A stretch of 64,000 bases of DNA. Source: Candidatus Marinacidobacterales bacterium (GTDB lineage Bacteria > Acidobacteriota > Vicinamibacteria > Marinacidobacterales > SMYC01). Both the position numbers and the translations under genes were made by a program. This document shows, piece after piece, positions 54,951 to 64,000 of the stretch. The stretch is from positions 1,536,001 through 1,600,000 of the forward strand of contig OZ250169.1 in NCBI GenBank assembly GCA_965237955.1, written 5' to 3'. The stretch's first letter is position 1. The number at the start of each line of letters is the position of its first letter. The notes under the pieces were generated by a model. The model was not told the origin of the DNA. It worked only from the letters and a program-made list of their open reading frames with translations, and did no database searches.

Positions 54951-56261
54951 GTGATACCTTGACCCCGGTTGCTCGCGTGGTTCGCCGCCTCTGGAGTTTT
55001 TCTCGTCGCGGGCGTCTGGTTCCCGCCACTGAGCCTCGCCGGACTCCTCGCCAACGGCGTTTTGGCGCTCGTCGCCATCGCGGACCTCTACCGGATGGTA
55101 CGGCCCGAACGCATCGAGATCCTCCGCGAGACGTCGGACGTCCTGAGCGTCGGCGCGGCGAACCCCGTCGTGCTCAGGGTCCTGAGTCGTGCCCCGAAAC
55201 CGATTACGATCGAGATAACCGACGAGCCTCCGGTACCGAGCCGGAGCGAGGGTCTGCCGTTCGAAGCGACACTCGTGCCGCAACGAGAGCTCGAAGCGAC
55301 GTACCATCTCTATCCTCAGAGACGAGGGGCGAACCAATTCCGAAACGTCTACTTCCGCTACCGCAGTCCTCTCGGACTGTGGTCGCGCAACGTCAAACGG
55401 CCGCTCGTCGACGACGTGCGGATCTACCCGGACATCAAGAATATCCGTCGCTTCGATCTTCTCGCGAAGCGTAACCGGTTGTCGGAGATGGGCCTCAAGC
55501 TCTGGCGGCTGCGCGGAAAAGAGGGTGAGTTCGAAAGGCTCCGCGAGTACCGTCGCGAAGACGAGATGCGCCACATCGATTGGAGCGCGACCGCGAAATA
55601 CCAGAAGCTCATCAGCCGTGAGTACACCACCGAACGCAACCAGAACATCGTCATCCTGTTGGATTGCGGCCGATCGATGTTGAACGAGACCGATGGGATC
55701 TCCCATTTCGATCGCGGGCTCAACGCCGCCATCATCCTCAGCTACATCGCACTCGGGCAGGGAGACAACGTTTCGCTCGTCGCGTTCTCGAACCGCATCG
55801 AGCGCTACGTCGGACCGGTGCGCGGCAAAGCCGCCATCCAGTCGCTCATCCAAAAAACCTACGATTTGGAGCCACGGCACGAGGCGTCCGACTACGGTCT
55901 CGCATGCGAAGATTTGCTCCGCCGGCACAAAAAGCGCGCGCTGGTACTGCTGATCACCTATGCCCTCGACGATCAACACTTGGACGCGGTCGGCCGTTAC
56001 CTGAGAACACTCATCTCATCGCATCTGTTTTTGTGCGTTCTCGTAAAAGACCTCCCGTTGGTCGGTCTCGCCGAGCGTGTCCCAGAAACAGATGTCGAAG
56101 CGTATCAGGTAGCCGCGGCAACCGAGATGCTCGGCGCCCAGGAGCGGAGGCTGTCCGCTCTGCGCGCCTCGGGTATCCACGCTACCGAAGTCGTCCCGAA
56201 CGAGCTAGCCGCCGAAGTCATCAACCACTACCTGGACGTCAAAGCGCGCCACCTGTTATAG
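54951..56261 (+). CDS. DUF58 (VWA-like) protein; TGA at codon 4, possible restart at TTG 54969
   Basis: EFERLREY..DEMRHIDWSATA, LDCGRSM; start reads GTG ATA CCT TGA CCC CGG TTG. Confidence 0.85.
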
Positions 56262-56297
56262 ATAATCTTCGAATCGCTAAGCCTTAAGGAGGACTTC

Positions 56298-56852
56298 ATG
56301 TCATCGTTTCATCGTCGTGGTTTCTTGGGAGGAGCACTCGCTTTCATTCTCGGACGCGGTCGCCTGTCGGCGAGCCAGTCGGTTAAAACCGCGGAGGACC
56401 GGTTGGCCGAGCTCGGCCTCGAGCTTCCCCCGGCGCCAACGCCGGGCGCCACCTACGTTCCCTCGGTTCGCTCGGGCTCGATGCTCTATGTGTCCGGTTC
56501 CGGTCCCGGTGCCGGCCCCGACGGGGAGCCGGTGCGCGGCAAACTCGGGCGCGACTTGACGCTCGAACAGGGCAACGCGGCCGCGCGGCTCGCCGGGCTG
56601 CGCATTCTCGCCAACGTGCGCCACTCGCTCGGCAGCCTGAACAAAGTCGAGAGGGTCGTGAAAGTGCTCGGGATGGTGAACGCAACGCCGGACTTCGGCC
56701 AGCAACCTCAAGTGATCAACGGCTTCAGCGACCTCATGGTCGAGATCTTCGGCGAAGCGCGCGGCAAAGGCGCCCGAAGCGCCGTCGGGATGGGCTCGCT
56801 ATCGCGCGGCATGCCGGTAGAGGTGGAGGCGATCTTCGAAGTCAGCGACTAG
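56298..56852 (+). CDS. RidA/YjgF family protein with a Tat-like signal
   Basis: RRGFL; LYVSG, GKLG, VINGFSDL, ARSAVG, VEVE. Confidence 0.88.
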   Translation: MSSFHRRGFLGGALAFILGRGRLSASQSVKTAEDRLAELGLELPPAPTPGATYVPSVRSGSMLYVSGSGPGAGPDGEPVRGKLGRDLTLEQGNAAARLAGLRILANVRHSLGSLNKVERVVKVLGMVNATPDFGQQPQVINGFSDLMVEIFGEARGKGARSAVGMGSLSRGMPVEVEAIFEVSD

Positions 56853-56962
56853 GCAGGCTGCGAAACAGCAACAAAAGATCGCCGGTAGAAGACAACGCAA
56901 AGGCGCGTTGTTTTTCTGGTTCTCCTGTCGTTTCGGGGGATCTGATTTGTGTTGGAGGGCAT

Positions 56963-57115
56963 GGCCTATGGACGCTGCCGCGATTGTGGAAAACGCCGGA
57001 AACTCCGGGCGAGAGAGGCGTTTAGGGAAAGGTTGTGAGCACGTACAAACGTGGAGCGGCGTTTTCCACAATCGCTTGGAAAACGCTTCGCGTTTCCCAC
57101 GAGCGCCCACAGGCC
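56963..57115 (-). other. nested multi-stem structured motif in the ISL3 leader (candidate ncRNA or ssDNA structure)
   Basis: Perfect 17-bp stem 56981-56997 / 57058-57074, an outer stem, and a GCGAAGC-capped hairpin. Confidence 0.65.
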
Positions 57116-57400
57116 CCTCCTGATATATATACAAGAAAGATTAATTCATATGGAATAAGGAAGGGGGGGCTCGATTAGTGGAGGCTATAGAAAACGCCCT
57201 TCCAGGCTTCGAAGAGAACTCAGTCGTGAGCAAGGTCTGAACGACCAGAACCGTGGGGGCGTTTCCCACAGCCTCGTCTCCCGCTGAGGGGCAGTGGCAT
57301 TTGGTGAGGCCCGTGGGTTGAGAGGGTAAGCCATGTGTAGATGCGCATCGGCGAGAACGCTAGAATCTTTTTTTCCGAAAGAGAAAAGAGCGTTCCCGCG

Positions 57401-58621
57401 ATGCGCGTTACTACGTTAGTCAACAAGCTCATCGGATTGCAAGGCCTGTGGGTCCGAGGTTTCCACTTCCAGGCGGACAAAGCCAGAGTGGTGGTGGATG
57501 TAGTACCACGGAGGAGGAAGCCTCTGTGCGGGATTTGCGGACGAAAGGTCCGCAAGAACAAAGATCGCTACAATCGCTACTGGCGGCACTTGGACCTGTT
57601 CGGAGTCCGGACCTATCTTCGCTACTCGATCCGACGAGTGGTATGTCGGCGGTGTGGAGTGGTCAGAGAAAAGGTGCCTTGGGCAGACAAGGGAAGCCGC
57701 TTTACCAAAAGCTTCGAACAAGAGGTAGCGTGGCTGGCACAGAGGACGGACGTCAGCGCCGTAGCGAACTATTTCCGAGTGACGTGGCGTTCGGTGCGAC
57801 GGATCATCCAGCGAGTGGTTGCCGAGCAGCGGGATGAGCGGCGCGAGCTCGATGGATTGCGGGTGATTGGGATGGACGAGATCAGCTACCGCAAACGCCA
57901 CAAGTACTTAACAGTGGTAATAGACCATCTCAGCGGCCGGGTCGTCTGGGCGGGAAAGGAGCGCAAGGCCAAGACGCTGCTGCTGTTTTTCCGCAAGCTC
58001 GGACCACAAAGAGCCGCGGAGCTCGAAGCGGTCAGCATGGACATGTGGGAGCCGTACATAACTGTCGTCGGCAAAAAGGCTCCTCAGGCACGGGTGATCT
58101 TTGACCGCTTCCACATCGTCAAGCATCTGAACGAGGCCGTGGATAAGACCCGGCGCGAGCTGGTGCGCGAGCTCAAAGGGACTGCCCGGCGCAACCTCAA
58201 GAACACCAAGTTTCCCCTTCTCAAGGCCAAACACAACCGCAGCGCGAAAGACAAACGGGTGCTCCGCGAGCAGGTGCGAGCTAATCGTCGCCTCTACCGC
58301 GCCATGCTTCTGCGCGACGACTTCATGGACCTCTACACCTACAAAACCGAGACATGGGCCAAGAAGTTTCTCCGAGGATGGCTGCGGCGCGCTATGAGCT
58401 CGAGGATAGAGCCCGTCAAACGCGCGGCGAAGATGATCCGCAGCCACTTCGATGGCGTCATCGCGTGGGTCACGTGGAGACTCAGCAACGGCCGACTCGA
58501 AGGAATGAACAACAAAATCCGGCTGCTGAGCCACCGCAGCTTTGGACTCCACTCTGCCGAAGCTCTCATCAGTCTCGTCTACCTAAACTGTGGCGGTCTC
58601 ACCCTCGAGAGGATCCACTGA
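57401..58621 (+). CDS. ISL3-family transposase
   Basis: CGIC..CRRC Zn finger, IGMDE, SMDMW, FDRFH, NGRLEGMNNKI. Confidence 0.95.
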   Translation: MRVTTLVNKLIGLQGLWVRGFHFQADKARVVVDVVPRRRKPLCGICGRKVRKNKDRYNRYWRHLDLFGVRTYLRYSIRRVVCRRCGVVREKVPWADKGSRFTKSFEQEVAWLAQRTDVSAVANYFRVTWRSVRRIIQRVVAEQRDERRELDGLRVIGMDEISYRKRHKYLTVVIDHLSGRVVWAGKERKAKTLLLFFRKLGPQRAAELEAVSMDMWEPYITVVGKKAPQARVIFDRFHIVKHLNEAVDKTRRELVRELKGTARRNLKNTKFPLLKAKHNRSAKDKRVLREQVRANRRLYRAMLLRDDFMDLYTYKTETWAKKFLRGWLRRAMSSRIEPVKRAAKMIRSHFDGVIAWVTWRLSNGRLEGMNNKIRLLSHRSFGLHSAEALISLVYLNCGGLTLERIH

Positions 58622-58756
58622 AATGGCAGGAGAGGCCTTATTGTTAACCTAGCCGGGGAGGTCGGAGTCTATCACAATCCGGCGCGGCATTGCCAACAGG
58701 ACCCACAGGGGCCAACCCCCAGAGGCCGCAAATCCCCCTGGTGTAAGCTAGCGTGG

Positions 58757-60595
58757 ATGAGCAAGGATCGGGATGGGCGGATGGTCTGGCGCGAGGCGCG
58801 CGCGATCATCTGGGAGCGGCGGTACCGCCTGGGATTCGGTCTCGTCTTGATGGTGATAGGTCGTCTCGCGGCGTTGGTCCTCCCCACCACATCGAAATAT
58901 CTCGTCGACGAGGTCATCGGCAACGGCCGGGCCGAGCTGCTTGCGCCCCTGGCAACCGCGGCGGGCATCGCCACGCTGGTTCAAGCGTCGACGGGTTTCG
59001 CCAACTCGCAGGTCCTCGGAGTCGCCGCACAGCACGCGATCACCGAGATGCGCAAAACGGTCCATGACCACGTCCTGCGCCTACCCACCGCCTATTTCGA
59101 CTCCGTCAAGAGCGGTGAGCTGATCTCCCGAATCATGACCGACGCGGAAGGCATTCGTAACCTCGTCGGCACCGGGCTCGTCCAACTGGTCGGAGGCCTT
59201 TTGACGGCATCGGTGGCGTTGGGCGTTCTTTTCTATCTCAACTGGCGTCTGACGTCGCTCACTCTCATCGTGCTCGCGGTGTTCGGCGGCATGATGGCGT
59301 TCGCGTTCGCGAAGCTGCGCCCCCTGTTCCGAAAACGCGGCGCGCTCAACGCAACGGCGACAGGCCGATTGGGCGAGGCGCTCGGCGGCATCCGGATCGT
59401 GAAATCGTACACTGCGGAAAAGCGCGAGGCCGGAATCTTCGCCGCAAACGTGGATGCTCTGTTCACGAACGTCAAGAAGGCGGTCACCGCGATCGCGGGT
59501 ATCTCCGCCGGGTCCACGCTCATCTTCGGCGTCGTCGGTGTCCTGATGATCCTCGTCGGCGGCCGATCGATCCTCTCGGGGACGATGACCCTCGGCGATT
59601 TCGTGATGTACGTTTTCTTCACCGGCCTGGTGGCCGCGCCGTTGGTGCAGATATCGTCGATTTCCACTCAGCTCAGCGAAGCGTTCGCGGGCCTCGACCG
59701 GATCCGCGACATCCGGTCGCTGTTGACGGAAGACGACGAGGACGAGACCCGGGAACCGCTCCCGGCAGTCGCGGGAACCATCGTGTTCGAGGACGTGAGC
59801 TTTGCCTACGAGAAGGGTGTACCCGTCCTGAAACACATTTCCTTCGAGGCGCCTCCCGGTTCGACCACCGCGCTCGTCGGCTCGAGCGGGTCTGGCAAGA
59901 GCACGCTCGCGAGCCTCGTGCTCGCATTCAACCGGCCGGACAGCGGCCGAGTCCTGATCGACGGGAAGGATTTGGCGTCGATTCGCCTATCCGACTATCG
60001 ATCGCATGTCGGCGTCGTGCTGCAAGACAACTTTCTGTTCGACGGCACCGTTTCGGAGAACATCGCCTACGCCCGGCCGGACGCGACGGCTGAGGAGATC
60101 CGCGACGTCAGCCGGATCGCGCACAGCGACGAGTTCATCACCGGATTCGAGAACGGCTACGACACCGTCGTGGGCGAGCGCGGCGTCAAGTTGAGCGGTG
60201 GAGAGCGTCAGCGTATCTCCATCGCCCGCGCGATCCTCGCCGACCCGAAACTACTCATTCTCGATGAAGCGACATCGAGTCTCGACAGTGAAAGCGAGTC
60301 GCTGATTCAAGACGGGCTTCGCTCGCTTCGCTCGGGACGGACCACGTTCGTGATAGCGCACCGCCTCTCGACCATCGTGAGCGCCGATCAAATTTTGGTG
60401 ATCGAGAAGGGCGAGATCGTGGAGCGGGGAGACCACGAGGCGCTCCTCGCTCGCGACGGCCGTTACCGCGAGCTCTACGATCGACAGTACCGGTTGGAGA
60501 TGAACCGTTTCATCAATCCAGGGGAGGATTTCACGCCTGGTTCGAAAGAGCCCGAAACGACGGCCACCGCTTTCAACCCGCGACGCAATCTCTAG
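58757..60595 (+). CDS. ABC exporter (fused permease + ATPase, MsbA-like)
   Basis: GSSGSGKS, LSGGERQR, ILDEATS, IAHR. Confidence 0.95.
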   Translation: MSKDRDGRMVWREARAIIWERRYRLGFGLVLMVIGRLAALVLPTTSKYLVDEVIGNGRAELLAPLATAAGIATLVQASTGFANSQVLGVAAQHAITEMRKTVHDHVLRLPTAYFDSVKSGELISRIMTDAEGIRNLVGTGLVQLVGGLLTASVALGVLFYLNWRLTSLTLIVLAVFGGMMAFAFAKLRPLFRKRGALNATATGRLGEALGGIRIVKSYTAEKREAGIFAANVDALFTNVKKAVTAIAGISAGSTLIFGVVGVLMILVGGRSILSGTMTLGDFVMYVFFTGLVAAPLVQISSISTQLSEAFAGLDRIRDIRSLLTEDDEDETREPLPAVAGTIVFEDVSFAYEKGVPVLKHISFEAPPGSTTALVGSSGSGKSTLASLVLAFNRPDSGRVLIDGKDLASIRLSDYRSHVGVVLQDNFLFDGTVSENIAYARPDATAEEIRDVSRIAHSDEFITGFENGYDTVVGERGVKLSGGERQRISIARAILADPKLLILDEATSSLDSESESLIQDGLRSLRSGRTTFVIAHRLSTIVSADQILVIEKGEIVERGDHEALLARDGRYRELYDRQYRLEMNRFINPGEDFTPGSKEPETTATAFNPRRNL

Positions 60596-60620
60596 CCGAT
60601 AGCTGCAATAGAATCAGAAA

Positions 60621-62099
60621 ATGAACATCTACCTCGTCGTCGTCGTCTTGTACCTCTTGTTTCTCGTCGGCGTCAGCCTCTACCGATCTCGACAGGTAAA
60701 AACCCAGGACGACTTCATGGTCGCGGGGCGGAGTGTTCCCTGGTACTTCCTCGTCGGTACGCTCGTGTGTACTTGGGTCGGCTCCGGTAGCCTGTTCGCG
60801 GGCGCGGGCCGTGGGTTTCGTGAGGGTTTTTCCGCGCTTTGGATGAGCGCCGGCGCGTGGGTGGGAATCGCGATCGTCTATTTCTTGGCGGGTCGGGTCC
60901 GGCGCATCGCGCAATACACGGTTCCCGACATTCTCGAGACGCGGTACCACCCGGCAGCGCGTCTTCTCGGAACGCTGGCCATCGTGATCGCCTACCTGAC
61001 GATAGCTGGCTATCAATTCATCGGTGGCGGGCGCCTTTTGAACATCCTCTATCCTGCCATCGACCCCGATGTGGGAAAGGCGATCATCTGCGGGCTCGTG
61101 GTCCTCTTCGCCGTCACCGGCGGAATGCTCTCCATCGTCTCGCTCGACGTCTTCAACGGGCTCATCATTATTGTCAGCATCGTCATCGCGGCGCCGCTCG
61201 CGCTCGCAGGCGCCGGTGGTTGGTCGGCGTTGACCGAGACGCTGCCGGCGACGCACTTCACCGTCACCGGAAGACTCGGCGTCTCAGCGGCGATGGGCCT
61301 GTTCCTCCCCACGCTTTTCCTTCTGCTGGGCGAGAGCAGCATGTATCAAAAGTTTTTCGCGGCGAAAGACGAGGCGTCCGCCAAGAAGGCGGTTATCGGC
61401 ATGATCGCAGGCGTCATCCTGGTAGAGACCTTGCTCGATACGACCGCTATTTTCGCGGCGGGAACGTATTGGACCGATACCGCGTTCCGCGCCACTGATG
61501 GAACGTTCGACGCTCGCACGACCGAGACGATCCTGCTCGTGTTGGCCAGGAACAACCTGCCGGTTATCGCCGGGTGTCTGCTCCTCGCGGGGGCCGTCGC
61601 GATCGTGTTCTCGACCGCGACCACGTTTCTGATGGTGCCTTCGACCAACTTCGCGCGTGACATCTATCAACGGTTCATCAACCCGGATGTCAGCGAGAAG
61701 GGCATCATTCTTTTTCAGAGAATCATGATCGTTTTTCTCGCGCTCGTCGCGTTGGTGGTGACAACTCAATTCACCAGCATCCTCGACATGGCGCTCTACG
61801 CCTACACGATGGTGGGCGCCGCGGTCACGCCGGCACTTCTGGCGGCGTTTCTATGGAAGCGCGTCACCCCCACGGGCGGGGTGATCTCCGTAGCACTCGG
61901 GATCGCGACCACGATCGCGTTCGGAGCTCTCGCAACTCGTGGAATGGAGTCTCTGGACCTCGTGCTGTTTCGACTACCGCTGGACTACGACTACATCATC
62001 TATCCGGCAGCTACCGCGTCGATCTTGGGACTCGTCATCGGGAGTCTTCTGACACGGCCGTCACCGGAAGCGACGTGGAAGAAGTTCGTCTCGAACTGA
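60621..62099 (+). CDS. sodium:solute symporter
   Basis: DFMVAGRS, TWVGSGS, many TM helices. Confidence 0.92.
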   Translation: MNIYLVVVVLYLLFLVGVSLYRSRQVKTQDDFMVAGRSVPWYFLVGTLVCTWVGSGSLFAGAGRGFREGFSALWMSAGAWVGIAIVYFLAGRVRRIAQYTVPDILETRYHPAARLLGTLAIVIAYLTIAGYQFIGGGRLLNILYPAIDPDVGKAIICGLVVLFAVTGGMLSIVSLDVFNGLIIIVSIVIAAPLALAGAGGWSALTETLPATHFTVTGRLGVSAAMGLFLPTLFLLLGESSMYQKFFAAKDEASAKKAVIGMIAGVILVETLLDTTAIFAAGTYWTDTAFRATDGTFDARTTETILLVLARNNLPVIAGCLLLAGAVAIVFSTATTFLMVPSTNFARDIYQRFINPDVSEKGIILFQRIMIVFLALVALVVTTQFTSILDMALYAYTMVGAAVTPALLAAFLWKRVTPTGGVISVALGIATTIAFGALATRGMESLDLVLFRLPLDYDYIIYPAATASILGLVIGSLLTRPSPEATWKKFVSN

Positions 62100-62115
62100 A
62101 AAAAGGAGAATCGTC

Positions 62116-62892
62116 TTGGCATACGAAAGAATTCGAATCGACGCAACGACGCCCGTCGCACGGCTGACCATGAGCTGGCCCGAGAAACGCAACGCTCTCT
62201 CTGTGCACATGATGGGGGAGATCACGAGCGGGTTGAAAGAGCTCAGCTCGAACCCCGACGTGCGCGCGATCATCCTCGGCGCCGAGGGGCCCGCGTTCTC
62301 CGCAGGCCACTACTTGCCCGAGATGGTCGACAAAGACGTCAACCACCAGCGCTTCGTCTTCGGTACGTGCGTCGAGATGATGGAGACCGTGCAGGGAATC
62401 CCCGAGCCGGTGATCGCCGAAGTGCCGGGCATCGCCACCGCGGCGGGTTGCCAGCTCGTGGCCGCGTGTGACCTCGCGGTCGCCTCGGACGAGGCCCAGT
62501 TTGCAACGCCCGGCGTGAAGATTGGCCTGTTCTGCACGACACCGATGGTGGCCTTGTCGCGCGCCATCGGACGCAAGCGCGCGATGCAAATGCTTCTGAC
62601 CGGAGAGCTCGTCGATGCCGCGACCGCGAGCGATTGGGGGCTCGTCAACCTGGTCGTTCCCCGCGACAAACTCCGCGACGAGACCGAAGCCCTCGGCCAA
62701 AAAGTCGCCGACGCGAGCTCTCTCGTCGTGGCTCTCGGCAAGCAAGCGTTCTACACACAGATCGATCTCGATCAAGGTAAGGCTTACGACTACGCAAAAG
62801 AAGTCATGAGCATGAACGCGATGGCGCTCGACGCCCAAGAAGGGATGACGGCGTTCCTCGAAAAGAGAAAGCCTTGCTGGGTCGGCAAGTAG
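62116..62892 (+). CDS. enoyl-CoA hydratase/isomerase family protein
   Basis: KRNALS, ATAAGCQLVAACDL, TPGVKIGLFC. Confidence 0.92.
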   Translation: MAYERIRIDATTPVARLTMSWPEKRNALSVHMMGEITSGLKELSSNPDVRAIILGAEGPAFSAGHYLPEMVDKDVNHQRFVFGTCVEMMETVQGIPEPVIAEVPGIATAAGCQLVAACDLAVASDEAQFATPGVKIGLFCTTPMVALSRAIGRKRAMQMLLTGELVDAATASDWGLVNLVVPRDKLRDETEALGQKVADASSLVVALGKQAFYTQIDLDQGKAYDYAKEVMSMNAMALDAQEGMTAFLEKRKPCWVGK

Positions 62893-62920
62893 CTCGAGCG
62901 CTCGGGGGTGTCTGACTCCT

Positions 62921-63029
62921 AAAAACAAACGCAAAGGCGCAAAGACGCGAAGGCGCAAAGAACGCGAGTCGAGTGAAATGAACCTGGACCTTTGCGTCTT
63001 TGCGACTCTGCGCCTTTGCGTTTGTTTTT
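62921..63029. repeat. 40-bp-arm inverted repeat built from 8-bp CGCAAAG(G/A) units (STIR/REP-like; probable bidirectional terminator)
   Basis: Arms 62921-62960 and 62990-63029, 36/40 complementary, between convergent genes. Confidence 0.8.
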
Positions 63030-63054
63030 TCCTGCGTTCCCAGCTTGTTCGTTT

Positions 63055-63885
63055 CTAGTCGGAAGGGTCCTGTTCGCGGGCGAGACGATAGAACGCGCTC
63101 GCTTCGCCGCGGTGGAGCCCTTCGACGCGATACCCCTTCTCGAAATACTCCTGAAATAGCTTTCTCGTCTGGTGTCGCCAATCGAGTGCCAGGTCATGAT
63201 CCCGCGCCATGAGGTCGGTGATCGTCTTCGGCACTTCGATCAGGAACGCATCGACGTCGAGGTCCAGATCGAGATCCGGTTCGCACGCGAGCAGGCTTTC
63301 CGAATTCAAGCGGGTACGGTTGGCTCTCGGCAAGCTCTCCCAGGTCGGCCAATCGTCGAGACGTCCGGCGCGCGCTGCGAGCACGCGTTGGCTTTTCAAA
63401 TACCACTCCGCTTCGAACCGATCGGTCGGGATGCCGCCGTGGAGCGGACTCTTGCTCTCGCCATAAAGGTTCACCTTGTACCGGCGCGCGACAGATCCCA
63501 GGCGGTTCACGTTCAAGTTGGCATTCGGCGCCTGCAAGGGATCGAACGTCCAGTTGATGAGCTCGATGCCTTGTTCGAGCACGCGCTCACGTTGCGCCCA
63601 TTTCAGGTTCTCGCCGATTTGACGGCCGCGATACTCCGGCAAGACCGCCAGCATGTGGGAGTGATGGAACGGCTGCCCACGATCCCAGCCGCCGAACCCG
63701 CACACGAACCCGATCATACGATCACCATCGAACGCACCGATGCACGACCCACCATAGTGATGCATCGCCACCAGGTAGCCGGCGGGAACGACTTCGATCT
63801 CGTCGAACGCCCACACCTCGATCTGAAGGTGGGCGCAAGCGTCGTACTCCGAGAGAAGCTCGACATCGCGAATCTCGACACTCAT
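63055..63885 (-). CDS. GNAT-family N-acyltransferase
   Basis: HSHMLAVLPEYRGRQIG, LKWAQR, WTFDPL, NLYG, PTDRF. Confidence 0.88.
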   Translation of the reverse strand: MSVEIRDVELLSEYDACAHLQIEVWAFDEIEVVPAGYLVAMHHYGGSCIGAFDGDRMIGFVCGFGGWDRGQPFHHSHMLAVLPEYRGRQIGENLKWAQRERVLEQGIELINWTFDPLQAPNANLNVNRLGSVARRYKVNLYGESKSPLHGGIPTDRFEAEWYLKSQRVLAARAGRLDDWPTWESLPRANRTRLNSESLLACEPDLDLDLDVDAFLIEVPKTITDLMARDHDLALDWRHQTRKLFQEYFEKGYRVEGLHRGEASAFYRLAREQDPSD

Positions 63886-63925
63886 GGCGGGCAAATGATA
63901 CAAAAAAATCACTGCGGAGCGGCAA

Positions 63926-63957
63926 GCCGACGGCTGATGGCTGATAGCCGATGGCTG
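63926..63957. repeat. 7-bp tandem units (GGCTGAT/AGCCGAT-like)
   Basis: gccgac ggctgat ggctgat agccgat ggctg. Confidence 0.5.
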
Positions 63958-64000
63958 GATCCGCTGCCCTCTCGGTCGAGAGGCGGCAGCTAATGCTCTA

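Larger units (their letters stand above)
56918..58637 (+). mobile_element. ISL3-family element with a ~480-bp 5' non-coding region
   Basis: Imperfect TIRs ggttctcctgtcgtttcgggggatc versus reverse-complement gcctctcctgccatttcagtggatc; no clear TSD. Confidence 0.8.

Noticed and set aside
57112-57122. GGCCCCTCCTG as the ISL3 left end
   Set aside because: Only ~11 bp of similarity to IRR; the 25-bp match at 56918 is better

Overview
High-GC bacterial chromosome segment. The gene order and protein style suggest Acidobacteriota (inference, not a database result). The window has two regimes. (1) An intact housekeeping block: tRNA-Leu(TAG)-tig-clpP-clpX-lon-engB-rho-rpmE-prfA-prmC-murA (30820-42275), plus a few intact genes (sulfatase, PAS histidine kinase, DEAD-box helicase, ABC transporter, Na+/solute symporter). 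(2) Heavily decayed accessory DNA full of mobile elements: IS200-like, two identical-length IS5 (IS903-like) copies, two IS256 copies, an IS1182-like element carrying an AbrB-like passenger gene, an ISL3 with a long structured leader, IS91-like and rve-transposase remnants, and three copies of a 125-bp CTAG-targeting MITE. These sit among many pseudogenes and gene-fragment junctions, including a decaying RDD-SpoIIM-DUF4129-DUF4350-MoxR-DUF58 operon. The pattern resembles an IS bloom with early genome reduction. No CRISPR array, rRNA or phage genes were seen. The best candidates for undescribed biology are the AbrB/IS1182 cassette, the ISL3 leader structure, the MITE family and a broken S8-spondin-CHRD protein gene.
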